Source of the DNA: Oscillospiraceae bacterium
GTDB lineage: Bacteria > Bacillota > Clostridia > Monoglobales > WRAG01
DNA length: 64,000 nucleotides
Direction: 5' to 3'
NCBI GenBank assembly: GCA_009780345.1
Contig: WRAG01000001.1
Location: 7,267 to 71,266, forward strand
Made by a program: the position numbers and the translations under genes
Shown here: in pieces, positions 1 to 9,819 of the stretch
How the letters are laid out: the number at the start of each line of letters is the position of its first letter
How positions within the stretch are numbered: position 1 is the first letter of the stretch
Notes under the pieces: model-generated
Told to the model about the DNA's origin: nothing
Seen by the model: only the letters and a program-made list of their open reading frames with translations
The model's database searches: none

Positions 1-136
1 ACGGCTCGTTTGCCGTAACATTTTTAATCCCCACCGCGCTCTTCTCATCCATTTCAACAATTTTATCCACCAGCAAAAACGGGTACCTATGCGGAATAAT
101 TTCTTGAATCTGTTCGTTCGTAAGTATTGTTTCCAT
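1..136 (-). CDS. fabZ: 3-hydroxyacyl-ACP dehydratase FabZ, N-terminal fragment (gene continues past window start)
   Basis: Reverse translation from ATG at 136-134 gives [45 protein letters not shown], which carries the Fab[12 protein letters not shown] signature. AAGGA RBS lies upstream. Too short for the ORF track. Confidence 0.8.
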   Translation of the reverse strand, partial: METILTNEQIQEIIPHRYPFLLVDKIVEMDEKSAVGIKNVTANEP

Positions 137-169
137 ATTTTCAAATCCTTTAATAATAATTTATTTTTA

Positions 170-684
170 ATATGTCAAGGACTAGCCCTTGACAATCCCA
201 CAAGTTTTTGCGCGGGAAAAACTTGACTAAAACCGTCGCCCTCCCCGTCGCGACCCTTCCCGACAAAAAGCGTCGGGCGGGTGCCCCGCTGACGGAACCG
301 CGGGCGAAAGTTACTGCAAACATAGCGCGTTCTGTACAAACAACATCTCGCGCTTTCAGGCGCGGGTCAGTTTCGAACGAGCGCGGCGTTATATCTCGGT
401 ACTTTTTCCGCGAACGCGGCTAGCTAACCCAGCTTTTATGTCGCCGCTTGCGGCACAAATCGCGGGGTTTGCGTTTGTGACCGCCAGGCGACCGGGATTG
501 GCAAGGGCAGAGCCCTTGTCGCCCGTCCGGCAGGACACAATGCCCACAGAGCCCCGCTCTGAATAATGGGTTCAAGGGCAAAGCCCTAAAACCCCCGCGC
601 CCATAGGGCGCACATATGCGCTTGTCAGCGCAAGACAACCTATGCGTCTATCGACGCAAAACGGTCTAAAGGCGCGTCGCGCCT
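170..684 (+). repeat. Family C long composite palindromic repeat, copy C1 (most diverged)
   Basis: Chain of short perfect hairpins (GTCAAGGACTAGCCCTTGAC, CAAGGGCAGAGCCCTTG, GCGCCCATAGGGCGC). Shares the 53-nt block GGCGACCGGGATTGGCAAGGGCAGAGCCCTTGTCGCCCGTCCGGCAGGACACA (487-539) with C2 and C3. Fills the mreB-fabZ gap. Confidence 0.75.
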
Positions 685-1692
685 TTACTTCCTCTTCGCA
701 ATCGAATTCGACTGCAACATCGCGATATTCTCAAGCGCTTTCCCTGTCCCCATCGCAACCCGCTCAACAGCGTTGTCCACAACGATACAAGAAATTCCGG
801 TTTCCTGCTCCAAAAGTTTATCCATTCCCCAAATCATCGCGCCGCCGCCGGTCATAATCATTCCCGATTCGCTTATATCACACACAAGTTCGGGCGGCGT
901 CTTTTCAAGAACAAACTTCACCGCGTCCACAATTTGATTCGCGGTTTCCTCAAACGCCTCCAAAATTTCAGTGCTTGTCATCACAATGGTTTGCGGCAAC
1001 CCTGTTACCAAGCTTCGTCCGCGAATTTCCATGGTCTCTTCGGTCGGCTTTGGAAATACGCAGCCAACTTTAACTTTCATCTCCTCCGCGGTTCGCTCGC
1101 CGATTAAAACGTTATATTTCTTTCGTATGTATCTTATAATCGCCTCGTCAAATTTATCTCCCGCCGTCTTAATCGAACGGCTGACAACAATACTTCCAAG
1201 CGAAATAACAGCAACATCGGTCGTTCCGCCGCCGATATCAACAACCATACAACCGCACGGCTTTCCGATGTCGATTCCAACGCCGATTGCCGCGGCGATA
1301 GGTTCCTCAATCAAATACGCGCGGCTTGCGCCCGCTTGAATCGCCGCATCGATAACCGCCCGCTCTTCAACCTCGGTAACGCCGCTCGGAACGCATATAA
1401 TAATTCGCGGCTTGAAAAACCCGCGCTTCACAACCTTATTGATAAAATATTTAAGCATACGTTCGGTCATTTGATAATCTGATATAACTCCGTCACGAAG
1501 CGGCCGCACCGCGACAATATTGCCCGGCGTTCGCCCAAGCATACGCTGCGCCTCATACCCAACCGCCAAAAGCTTGTTGCTGGAGTTATCCATAGCAACA
1601 ACCGACGGTTCGTTTAAAACAATCCCTTTTCCTTTCACATAGACAAGAACGGATGCCGTTCCCAAATCAATTCCAATATCCTGACCGAACAT
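685..1692 (-). CDS. mreB: Rod shape-determining protein MreB
   Basis: MFGQDIGIDLGTASVLVYVKGKGIVLNEPSVVA..., actin-like ATPase motifs. Start moved to the internal ATG at 1692, which is preceded by GAAGGGA. Confidence 0.95.
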   Translation of the reverse strand: MFGQDIGIDLGTASVLVYVKGKGIVLNEPSVVAMDNSSNKLLAVGYEAQRMLGRTPGNIVAVRPLRDGVISDYQMTERMLKYFINKVVKRGFFKPRIIICVPSGVTEVEERAVIDAAIQAGASRAYLIEEPIAAAIGVGIDIGKPCGCMVVDIGGGTTDVAVISLGSIVVSRSIKTAGDKFDEAIIRYIRKKYNVLIGERTAEEMKVKVGCVFPKPTEETMEIRGRSLVTGLPQTIVMTSTEILEAFEETANQIVDAVKFVLEKTPPELVCDISESGMIMTGGGAMIWGMDKLLEQETGISCIVVDNAVERVAMGTGKALENIAMLQSNSIAKRK

Positions 1693-1748
1693 AATACATC
1701 GTTTCCCTTCGTTTAAATTTACAATTTTCCAATATAAATATATCACTA

Positions 1749-4700
1749 CTATTCAACGTTGTCAACATTTATCAACATATTATTTTCAAAAAAGTAAAGA
1801 TATTTCTCCCCAACTTCCATCTCCAATATCTCCGCCAACCCGCGCGCGTAGTATTCAAGCGCGGTTTTATACTCCTTCGCCCGCGCAAAAACGCTGTTAT
1901 CACTCACTTTGTCAGTCTTATAATCAATGATAACCAACTTCCCATTTTCAACGAAATAGCAGTCCACAACCCCCTGAACCAATATCTCTTCCCCGCTATG
2001 AACATAGTTCGATAACTCCGGCAAAATCTCCGCCGCCGGAACTTTCATGTAAAACTTGACTTCCTTCTGAATCTCCCGCGCCGCTCGAACGCGCAACCCG
2101 AGCGGCGACTCAAAAAACCTCGCAACCGCCGCAACATCCACCGCGCCCGCCTGCTCGTTCGTCAACATTTCAGACCGAACCATTTTCGCAAGCTGCTCTC
2201 GAATCTCCTCAACACTTCCGACATTCCGCTCGTCCAAATGCTGCATAACAAAGTGAGTGATAACTCCCCGCTGAACTCCCGACAGTTCAGCGGTTTGATA
2301 CTCAAGTTTGGGCGGTGTATAACCGCTCTGCCGGGTGCTCAACACCAAATCTTGACGGTCATTTTGATGCATAGCGGCGTCATCGTCACTTGAAGTACAT
2401 AAAGTACATCTGCGCTCCTCTTCCTTGCTCTGCATTCCAAATGCCTCGCCAATATTTTGGCGTTGAGCACCCGGCAGAGCGGTAAAATACGGCACAGAAA
2501 CATCGTCCTCCGCCATCTGTTGCCGCTTAATCTCGCTAACCGATAGCTTTACAGGGATTTTATTCAAATGTCCGTAAGGATATACGAAATCTTCGTAGTT
2601 TTCCTCAACCGCTTCATCTGATTGCGGGGCGTCGAGGACGCCGCCCCCTACAACCACCGCAAATTCCGCGGAATCATTGATGTTAACCTCTCGAAACTCC
2701 GCAAACGGGCAACTCTCAACCACAGGAACAATCCAATCCAAGTGCGACTTCGCCGTCGCCGCGGAATACGGCGAGAGTTTATCGTCAATTGTAAAGCTTA
2801 TTTTCGCCTGCCGTGACTCGAAATGCCGATCCGGCGTGCCGATAATAAGTAACTTCTCCTTCGCCCGCGTAATCGCGACATACAAAAGCCGCATTTCCTC
2901 CGAAATCATATCTTTCCGCTTCCAAAACGCGACAACGTCCCGCGCAACCGACGGATACTGCACGCGCCGCGCCGGGTCGATATAATACCCGCCGATTCCG
3001 CAATCAGCATGCCATAAAAACTTCGGATGCGTAATATCCTGCGTAAAAAACGTCTTGCCGGCGCTAAGCATAATAACGATAGGGAATTCCAGCCCCTTTG
3101 ACGTATGTATGCTCATAATCCGCGCCACGTTTTCGCTCTCCGACACAATTTTCGCCAGCGACAAATCCCGCCCTTCCGCAATCAGCGTATTTATAAAGTG
3201 ATTAAAGCTGAACAACCCTTTAAACCGCGACTGTTGAAACTCCCCCGCCCGCTCGAACAAAAGCCGCAAGTTCGCTTGCATTCTCTCGCCGCCCTGCAAT
3301 GTTTTTACGTGCTCGTAAAATCCGAACCTCTCATAGATATGCCAAATCAGCTGGTCAACGCCAAGCTCGGCGGACAAGTCACGCAACTGCTCAAGCTCCG
3401 CTATAAATTCCATACATCGAACGCTTCCGCCGTCAGCCGCCTCGGTCAAAGCGATATAGAACGGCATATTTTTCCGCTTGTTACACAAGCGAATCTCCGC
3501 AAGCTCGTCCGGCTCAAACCCGAACATCACACTCCGCAAAACTGCGATCAGCGGAATATCCTGCAACGGATTGTCGATAATTTGCAAGAACGATAGAATC
3601 GTCGCGACTTCCCACTTATCAAGATAACTCTCGCCCACGTCGGCGTAGGCGGGGATGTTTGCCGCAAACAATTGCTGTTCAATGGATTTGGCGATTCCGC
3701 CTTTGACCGAGCGAGAGAGAATCGCGAAATCACGATACGTCGCGGGGCGCAATTCGCCGCTTACTTTGTCGGTGACAAGCACTTCTTTGTTGTCAATAAT
3801 TTCGCGAATCCGTTTCGCGGCAAAAATCGCCTCTCTATCGATTTTTTCTAAATCCTCGTCAGAGTTTTTTGTTGCTTCGGTTGACATAATTGATTCGTCT
3901 CTGTTTACATAATTTTCGCCGTCATTTTTTTCGGTTTTTATGTCAACCATCGTGTAAACTTCGGTGGTAAGATTGTTATTTCGATCGTCAGAAAGCGGAT
4001 ATTCCGCGCCGCGAATAAGTTCCTCATCGGCGGTATAGTTAACATCCCCCACCGTCGCCGACATCGCCGCGCGGAATATAAAATTGGCGAAATCGATAAT
4101 ATTATCACGACTTCGAAAGTTTTTGTAAAGCTTGATTAGGCGCCCTTGCGAATCTTCATGCTTATACGCGTGATACCGTTCCAAAAACAGCGTCGGAACC
4201 GCGCCGCGGAACTGGTATATACTTTGCTTAATATCGCCGACCATGAAAATATTGCGATCATCCCGCGAAATCGCTGTAAATATCTCGTTTTGCAGCGAGT
4301 TTATATCCTGATACTCGTCTATCAAAATTTCGCAATATCGTTTAGAAAGCTGCGCCGCCAGCGGCGTGCGCTCGCCCGATTTGCGAAGCAGCAGGCGCAG
4401 CATTTCATGCTCCAAGTCGTTGAAATCCAGCATGTTGCGCTCCAGCTTTTTCCGCTTATATCGCCGCTCGAACGCGATTACAAGTTTAACCAGCGCAGAT
4501 AGCGCGGGAACGGTTTTGGAGATATATCCAACCGAAGATTCCGCGTCGAAAGAGGTAAGGTCGTAAAGTTCGCCGAATTTTGCCTTTGGCATAACTTTCG
4601 AACGCCCGTTTTTCAGCTCTTTTAGCGCATTTATGCTATTGATTATCTCGCCGTAACTATCGTTCGGCATATCTTCATACATCAAGAGCAAATCCGAATC

Positions 4701-5381
4701 ACCGGAGAGGTAAAACCGCACCATTTCCTTGAATTGTTCAAGCATATTGGCGTCCAACTCGCCCGTTTCGGCAGTCTTTTTGTAAGTTTGCAATGATTCG
4801 ATCAACCATCGATTCGGGCGCGGCAAATTCCGTGAAAACCTATGCAAATCAAGGATAATTTTGCGAATATCCTTATCGTCCCGCCCGTTTCCGTAGCCGT
4901 CAAATAGCGCGGCAACGTCCGCCCTGCGCGATACCGCCCCAAACGCCTTATCCAACGTCTCGGTCAACGCCTCGCCTTTGAGAATGTCGCACTCGTTTTC
5001 CGAGCCGATTGCGAATCCGGCGGGAATATTGGTCAAGTGGATGTTGTTTTTGATAATTTCGAGACAGAACGAGTGAATGGTGGAAATATTCGCGCGGTTG
5101 ATATGTATGGCTTGCCGCCGAAGGTGCGCGTTACCGGGTTCATCAAGCAACACCTTGTTAATCTTCTCCGAAATTTTGGCTTTCATTTCGGCGGCGGTTT
5201 TTTCGGTGAATGTTAGGATAAGAAGTTCGTCGATATTTACGTTTTGGGTAAGGATTTTCTGTATCACCCGTTCGGAAAGCACGGCGGTTTTGCCTGATCC
5301 CGCGGCGGCAGCAAGCAAAATGTTTTCTCCGGTATATGTGATTCCCTCTTGCTGCTCCGGCGTCCATTTCATTGCCGACAT
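1749..5381 (-). CDS. addA: ATP-dependent helicase/nuclease AddA (UvrD-like helicase with C-terminal PD-(D/E)xK nuclease)
   Basis: 1210 aa. Walker A AAAGSGKTAVL, UvrD motifs (DEYQD, FMVGDIKQSIYQFRGA), C-terminal nuclease motif VQGVVDCYF...IIDYKTD. Confidence 0.9.
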   Translation of the reverse strand: MSAMKWTPEQQEGITYTGENILLAAAAGSGKTAVLSERVIQKILTQNVNIDELLILTFTEKTAAEMKAKISEKINKVLLDEPGNAHLRRQAIHINRANISTIHSFCLEIIKNNIHLTNIPAGFAIGSENECDILKGEALTETLDKAFGAVSRRADVAALFDGYGNGRDDKDIRKIILDLHRFSRNLPRPNRWLIESLQTYKKTAETGELDANMLEQFKEMVRFYLSGDSDLLLMYEDMPNDSYGEIINSINALKELKNGRSKVMPKAKFGELYDLTSFDAESSVGYISKTVPALSALVKLVIAFERRYKRKKLERNMLDFNDLEHEMLRLLLRKSGERTPLAAQLSKRYCEILIDEYQDINSLQNEIFTAISRDDRNIFMVGDIKQSIYQFRGAVPTLFLERYHAYKHEDSQGRLIKLYKNFRSRDNIIDFANFIFRAAMSATVGDVNYTADEELIRGAEYPLSDDRNNNLTTEVYTMVDIKTEKNDGENYVNRDESIMSTEATKNSDEDLEKIDREAIFAAKRIREIIDNKEVLVTDKVSGELRPATYRDFAILSRSVKGGIAKSIEQQLFAANIPAYADVGESYLDKWEVATILSFLQIIDNPLQDIPLIAVLRSVMFGFEPDELAEIRLCNKRKNMPFYIALTEAADGGSVRCMEFIAELEQLRDLSAELGVDQLIWHIYERFGFYEHVKTLQGGERMQANLRLLFERAGEFQQSRFKGLFSFNHFINTLIAEGRDLSLAKIVSESENVARIMSIHTSKGLEFPIVIMLSAGKTFFTQDITHPKFLWHADCGIGGYYIDPARRVQYPSVARDVVAFWKRKDMISEEMRLLYVAITRAKEKLLIIGTPDRHFESRQAKISFTIDDKLSPYSAATAKSHLDWIVPVVESCPFAEFREVNINDSAEFAVVVGGGVLDAPQSDEAVEENYEDFVYPYGHLNKIPVKLSVSEIKRQQMAEDDVSVPYFTALPGAQRQNIGEAFGMQSKEEERRCTLCTSSDDDAAMHQNDRQDLVLSTRQSGYTPPKLEYQTAELSGVQRGVITHFVMQHLDERNVGSVEEIREQLAKMVRSEMLTNEQAGAVDVAAVARFFESPLGLRVRAAREIQKEVKFYMKVPAAEILPELSNYVHSGEEILVQGVVDCYFVENGKLVIIDYKTDKVSDNSVFARAKEYKTALEYYARGLAEILEMEVGEKYLYFFENNMLINVDNVE

Positions 5382-6311
5382 CTATTTCACCTCGATTATC
5401 GTTCCTTTTAGATACTCCAACTCACCCGCGGGAGTGGTAAAGTTGAAAATAAGCTTGTATGCTTGCAACTCTTGATGTTTCTGCGTTTTATCGTTGTATC
5501 GCACGTTGCTGTTGTACTTGCCGTCGCCGACAAGGGGATGCCCTATATGCGCAAATTGCGCGCGGATTTGGTGGGTTCGCCCGCTGATCAATTGCACTTC
5601 AATCAGCGTGTCATTGCCGTCAAAGCTGATCGTTTTGTAGCGGCTAACCGCTTTCGATGTGCCGATTTTCGGCTTGTCGTAAGCGTATACGCGGTTTTGC
5701 TTGCTGTCTTTAAACAGATAGTGTACCAGCTCGCCGCTTTGCGGCGCGATTTTGCCGCGAACCTTGGCGAGATAGAATTTGTCGATCTCGCGGTGTTTGA
5801 TTTTATCGTTTATAACCCGCAACGCCTCGGCGGTTTTCGCGGTGATTACAAGTCCGGCGGTGTTTCGGTCGATTCGATGGCATAGCGCCGGCGCGAACGA
5901 CTGCTCCGCCTCGGGGTGATACTCGCCCTTTTGATAGAGATACGCTTGCACGTAGTTGATCAGCGTGTGACGCCGCTCGTTTGCGTCTTCGTGGCAAAGC
6001 AAGCCCGCAGGCTTGTTGGCGACGAGTATATAATCGTCCTCGTATACGATGTCTAGTGAAAATTTTATGTTTAAAATACCTATATTATTTTCGGTTTCGA
6101 AGAATTCGTCGTTGATGTAAAGCTGTAGCTTGTCGTCAAGCTGAAGCTTGTAGGAGATGTCTGATTTTTTGCCGTTGACTTTGATACGCCCTTTGCGGAT
6201 TCCTTTGTATATCAGACTTTGCGGGGCGCTTTCAAGATATTTGAACAGAAACTTGTCAAGCCGCTGGTTCGCGTCGTTTTTTTGGATAATTATTTCCCGC
6301 AAAGTATTCAC
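5382..6311 (-). CDS. RluA-family 23S rRNA pseudouridine synthase with N-terminal S4 domain
   Basis: S4-like N-terminus (RLDKFL...), catalytic HRIDRNTAGL motif, GRTHQIRAQ motif. Confidence 0.9.
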   Translation of the reverse strand: MNTLREIIIQKNDANQRLDKFLFKYLESAPQSLIYKGIRKGRIKVNGKKSDISYKLQLDDKLQLYINDEFFETENNIGILNIKFSLDIVYEDDYILVANKPAGLLCHEDANERRHTLINYVQAYLYQKGEYHPEAEQSFAPALCHRIDRNTAGLVITAKTAEALRVINDKIKHREIDKFYLAKVRGKIAPQSGELVHYLFKDSKQNRVYAYDKPKIGTSKAVSRYKTISFDGNDTLIEVQLISGRTHQIRAQFAHIGHPLVGDGKYNSNVRYNDKTQKHQELQAYKLIFNFTTPAGELEYLKGTIIEVK

Positions 6312-6383
6312 CCCTTTGGTTTGTGCTATTTACGGGCGGCCAATGACCGCCCCTACAAGATATTGTAACATATGAAGTAATAA

Positions 6384-6413
6384 TTGACAATAGGATTGTG
6401 GGAATGGTATAAT
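6384..6413 (+). promoter_or_regulatory. Sigma-70-type promoter (TTGACA, 18-nt spacer, TGgTATAAT)
   Basis: TTGACA at 6384-6389 and TATAAT at 6408-6413 with a TG extension, upstream of the 6438 CDS. Confidence 0.55.
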
Positions 6414-6437
6414 TGGTTTGTTAAAGGAGGAGATATC

Positions 6438-6620
6438 ATGTCTTGTGTGAAAACGTGCGCATGCCCTAAAACGACTTGCCCGAATCACGGCAAATGTTGC
6501 GAATGTGTTGCAAATCATAGAGAAAAGGATAGTTTGACGTTTTGCTTATTCCCCGACAATGGCGGGGATAAAAGCGTGAAAAATTATTATAAGAAGCTGA
6601 AAGAACGGTTTGAAGGATAA
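6438..6620 (+). CDS. Small cysteine-rich protein, unknown function
   Basis: MSCVKTCACPKTTCPNHGKCCECVANHREKD... AGGAGG RBS precedes ATG 6438. The ORF-track N-terminal extension was discarded. Confidence 0.7.
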   Translation: MSCVKTCACPKTTCPNHGKCCECVANHREKDSLTFCLFPDNGGDKSVKNYYKKLKERFEG

Positions 6621-6649
6621 TAGTATCAAATAGAGGGAGGACTTTACAT

Positions 6650-7639
6650 ATGAAAATTCGAATCGGCATTTGCGGTTACGGCAATTTGGGCAGGGGCGCG
6701 GAGGCGGGAATCGCGCAAAACCCCGACATGGAACTTGTCGCGGTTTTTACCCGCAGAAAGCCTGTCGAATCGCTGAAAATCAACTCTGACGTGCCTGTGG
6801 TTCATGTTAGTGATGTTGAATATTGGAAAGATAAAATCGACGTGATGATTCTGTGCGGCGGAAGCGCGAATGATTTGCCCGAACAGACGCCGACGTTTGC
6901 GAAAATCTTTAATACGGTGGATAGTTTCGACACGCATGCCAAAATTCCCGAATATTTCAAAACAGTAGACGCCGCGGCGGTTGCGGGCGGCAAAATTTCG
7001 ATTATATCTATCGGCTGGGATCCCGGATTGTTTTCGGTAATGAGATTGTACGCCGGAGCGGTGCTTCCGAGCGGCAATACCTATACATTTTGGGGGCCCG
7101 GCGTAAGTCAGGGGCATTCGGACGCGATTCGGCGAATTGACGGCGTGGCTGACGCGATTCAGTATACGATTCCCGTTGACGAAGCGGTTGAGCGAGTTAA
7201 AAGCGGCAAAAAAGTTGAGTTCGAAACCCGAGAAAAACACAAAAGAGTGTGTTATGTGGCTGTGGATTCTATATGTGGCGATGAGGACAAGGCAAGGATT
7301 GAAAAAGAGATTAAGGAAATGCCGAATTATTTTGCGGATTATGATACGACGGTTAATTTTATTTCGCAAGATGAGCTTAGAACGAATCACGGCAAGCTTA
7401 TGCACGGCGGGCAGGTGATACACGCCGGCAAGACGAGGGATAATAACAATCAGGTTATCGAATTTTCGCTTAAACTGGACTCGAATCCGGAATTTACGGC
7501 GTCGGTGCTTTTAGCCTATGCGCGGGCGGCATATAGGCTGTCGGCTACGGGCGAGAAAGGCGCGCGAACGATATTCGATATACCACCGATATTACTCTCG
7601 GGCAGGGATAGGGACGATGTGGTTAGGGATTTGTTGTAG
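6650..7639 (+). CDS. ddh: meso-Diaminopimelate D-dehydrogenase
   Basis: MKIRIGICGYGNLGRGAEAGIAQNPDMELVAVFTRR...GWDPGLFS...WGPGVSQGHSDA, typical Ddh sequence. GGAGG RBS. Confidence 0.9.
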   Translation: MKIRIGICGYGNLGRGAEAGIAQNPDMELVAVFTRRKPVESLKINSDVPVVHVSDVEYWKDKIDVMILCGGSANDLPEQTPTFAKIFNTVDSFDTHAKIPEYFKTVDAAAVAGGKISIISIGWDPGLFSVMRLYAGAVLPSGNTYTFWGPGVSQGHSDAIRRIDGVADAIQYTIPVDEAVERVKSGKKVEFETREKHKRVCYVAVDSICGDEDKARIEKEIKEMPNYFADYDTTVNFISQDELRTNHGKLMHGGQVIHAGKTRDNNNQVIEFSLKLDSNPEFTASVLLAYARAAYRLSATGEKGARTIFDIPPILLSGRDRDDVVRDLL

Positions 7640-7644
7640 AAATT

Positions 7645-7672
7645 AAAAAAAGAGCCGAAAGGCTCTTTTTTT
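7645..7672. terminator. Bidirectional intrinsic terminator
   Basis: AAAAAAAGAGCC-GAAA-GGCTCTTTTTTT between convergent genes. Confidence 0.85.
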
Positions 7673-7682
7673 GATTTTGCGC

Positions 7683-8234
7683 TTAACTCTTAGTAAAAAA
7701 TTTCTCCAAATCTACCCACTCGCTTGCTAACACATACAAAAGCGCGTAAACCATAAGGTTATCCCCGTCCTCCTCGCTGTCGAGGAAGATAAGAATCATT
7801 GCGATAAGAAGCAAATCTTCCGCCGATAGAAATCCTAAAATTTTTCCGCTTTCCGGATTGTAAATTGATGAAGGAATAAAGGAAAGTATAGGGTTTTTAT
7901 TATTTTTCGACGGCGGCAAAGGTTCATGCTCATGCTCGTTTTCACGCTCATGTTCGTGTTCATGGTGGTGCGTTTGCTCATGTTCGTGACGCCGCGCGTG
8001 TTCGCTTTCGCGGCGCGGACGCTCGTATCGATGATTTGCATGATGATAACCGTCGTGGCGGCGGTCGCTACGACGGTTGGTTGTATGATGATGTCTGTTT
8101 TCGCCGGAACCTGACCGCGTTGGCTCGGACGATCTTTTTATTGTTCTTTGCTCTTTGTTCTCTGCGCTATTTGCGTATCGTCTATACATTGTTGTTTCAT
8201 CTACTTTCATGCTTACAAATCTTTCATCTTTCAT
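7683..8234 (-). CDS. His/Arg/Glu-rich protein with hydrophobic C-terminal segment, unknown function
   Basis: Contains HEHEQTHHHEHEHERENEHEHE and a C-terminal LLLIAMILIFL segment. The start is ambiguous because a 24-bp tandem duplication spans it (alternative start MKVDETT). Confidence 0.6.
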   Translation of the reverse strand: MKDERFVSMKVDETTMYRRYANSAENKEQRTIKRSSEPTRSGSGENRHHHTTNRRSDRRHDGYHHANHRYERPRRESEHARRHEHEQTHHHEHEHERENEHEHEPLPPSKNNKNPILSFIPSSIYNPESGKILGFLSAEDLLLIAMILIFLDSEEDGDNLMVYALLYVLASEWVDLEKFFTKS

Positions 8235-8236
8235 GC

Positions 8237-8623
8237 TTACAAATCTTTCATCAACGGCGCGAATTTGGCAAGACTCATAAGCTTCGCCGCCATATCAAGC
8301 TTTCCTTTTCGCCCGTCGCTTAAATACGGTTTAAGCGAGTGTAGCATAGAGGCATGGCGGCTATTTCCGCCGACGCTGCCGCCTGTTGAATTCATTTTCG
8401 AAAAGGCTTTCTGCATTTTCATTACCATATCCATATCTATATTGCCGAAAGGTGAAGAACTATCGCTATTGTCGGAAGTTTCTGTATCGGAAACCTCCGC
8501 GCTGTCAGGCGATTCGGCATTATTTAAGCTGAAATTGGATATGATATTTTGAATATTCGCTTGCCCTTCTTCTGTTGCCATCATTTGTTTAAGTTTTTCC
8601 ACCGCTCCGCTTAGATCAGCCAA
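8237..8623 (-). CDS. Hypothetical protein
   Basis: ORF of 128 aa in an operon-like array with its neighbours. C-terminal LKPYLSDGRKGKLDMAAKLMSLAKFAPLMKDL. Family not recognised. Confidence 0.6.
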   Translation of the reverse strand: MADLSGAVEKLKQMMATEEGQANIQNIISNFSLNNAESPDSAEVSDTETSDNSDSSSPFGNIDMDMVMKMQKAFSKMNSTGGSVGGNSRHASMLHSLKPYLSDGRKGKLDMAAKLMSLAKFAPLMKDL

Positions 8624-8682
8624 GTCGTCGCACCCCCTTCGTCAAAATTTTTACAAACCCTATTTATACTACTATATGAGCT

Positions 8683-8919
8683 CTACTTCCCGAATATCTC
8701 ACTAATCTTATTCAGCATATTAGCCTGTTTCAGCTGTTTTTCAAGATTCGGGTTCTTTTTAAGAACTTCGTTAACCTCGTTCATATTAATATTATCCGTG
8801 CTTCCTCCGTTTGCAACGTTCTTCACCTGGTTCATCTGCTCGGGGGTAAGCCCCAACTGCTTCATACCTTGCTGCAACTGCTCCGGACTAATTTGAGATA
8901 GCATTTTTTGCAGGTCCAT
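8683..8919 (-). CDS. Hypothetical small protein
   Basis: 78-aa ORF with a GGAGCGATAG-type RBS region. Q/N/K-rich. Family not recognised. Confidence 0.5.
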   Translation of the reverse strand: MDLQKMLSQISPEQLQQGMKQLGLTPEQMNQVKNVANGGSTDNINMNEVNEVLKKNPNLEKQLKQANMLNKISEIFGK

Positions 8920-9027
8920 ACTATCGCTCCTTTCACTAGATTATCCTACTACACTATAGTATGAATTTTCAAAAAAATAGTGCAAAAAAAAGAAAAGTAT
9001 GGTATAATCCTTTTGGGAAGTGATAAT

Positions 9028-9792
9028 ATGCTTTTAGCAATTGACGTTGGAAATACAAATATTGTCGCGGGAATTTTTCAAAACGACAAATTAATCGCAA
9101 ATTTTCGCATGGCAACCGATAAGCAGAAGTCGTCAGACGAAATCGGCTTGCTTATGACGCAGCTTCTCTCTCTTGAGGGAATCGACAAATCCAACATAGA
9201 AGATATTATAATATCGTCGGTTGTGCCGCCGGTTATGTATTCGCTGACCAACGCTTGCCGCCGATATATCGGGCGAGAGCCGCTTATCGTCGGGCAGGAT
9301 ATTTTACCCGATATCAACGTGAGATACGATAATCCGAAAGAAGTCGGCGCGGACAGAATCGTAAACGCGGTTGCCGCGCGGGCGAAGTACGACTCGCCCC
9401 TCGTTATCGTCGATTTCGGAACGGCGACAACGTTTTGCGCTATCGACAAGAACGGCGACTATCTCGGTGGCGTGATTGCGTCGGGAATAAAAATTTCGAT
9501 GGATGCGCTTTTCGAAAAAGCCGCGAAGTTGCCACGGATTGAGATAGTTAAGCCAAATAAAGTGATTGGAACGAACACGGTCGAGTCTATGCAATCGGGC
9601 GCGGTTTACGGATATGTAGGGCAGGTTGAGTATATCGTCGGGCGGATTAAGGAAGAACTCGACGCGCCGAATAGTAAGGTTGTCGCCACAGGCGGACTTG
9701 CGGCGCTAATCGCCCAACATACCGACAGCATTGATTTTGTGGATAGACTACTGACGCTTGAGGGGCTGAGGATGATATATTCGGGGGTTTAG
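9028..9792 (+). CDS. coaX: Type III pantothenate kinase
   Basis: MLLAIDVGNTNIVAGIF...GADRIVNAVAA...VDFGTATTF, CoaX motifs. Extended -10 TGgTATAAT at 9000-9008 argues against the upstream GTG of the ORF track. Confidence 0.9.
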   Translation: MLLAIDVGNTNIVAGIFQNDKLIANFRMATDKQKSSDEIGLLMTQLLSLEGIDKSNIEDIIISSVVPPVMYSLTNACRRYIGREPLIVGQDILPDINVRYDNPKEVGADRIVNAVAARAKYDSPLVIVDFGTATTFCAIDKNGDYLGGVIASGIKISMDALFEKAAKLPRIEIVKPNKVIGTNTVESMQSGAVYGYVGQVEYIVGRIKEELDAPNSKVVATGGLAALIAQHTDSIDFVDRLLTLEGLRMIYSGV

Positions 9793-9819
9793 GGCGGATG
9801 CCCTAAAAAGGAGAAAATC

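Noticed and set aside
208-638. ORFs inside family C repeats (208-423, 420-638, 12058-12384, 12086-12397, 15257-15454, 15557-15787, 24142-24465, and the 24282 extension of thyA).
   Set aside because: They lie wholly in palindromic repeat sequence and occur on both strands. They are Arg/Ala/Pro/Cys-rich as expected from translating GC-rich hairpins, and they lack RBS. The true thyA start at 24480 has its own AAGGAGC.
170-684. Family C elements as rRNA, tRNA, tmRNA, RNase P or other classic structured RNA genes.
   Set aside because: No conserved cores of those RNAs are recognisable. There are four diverged copies in both orientations within 25 kb, and the global palindromic symmetry fits a repeat element better. 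Large exotic ncRNA families could not be excluded without Rfam.
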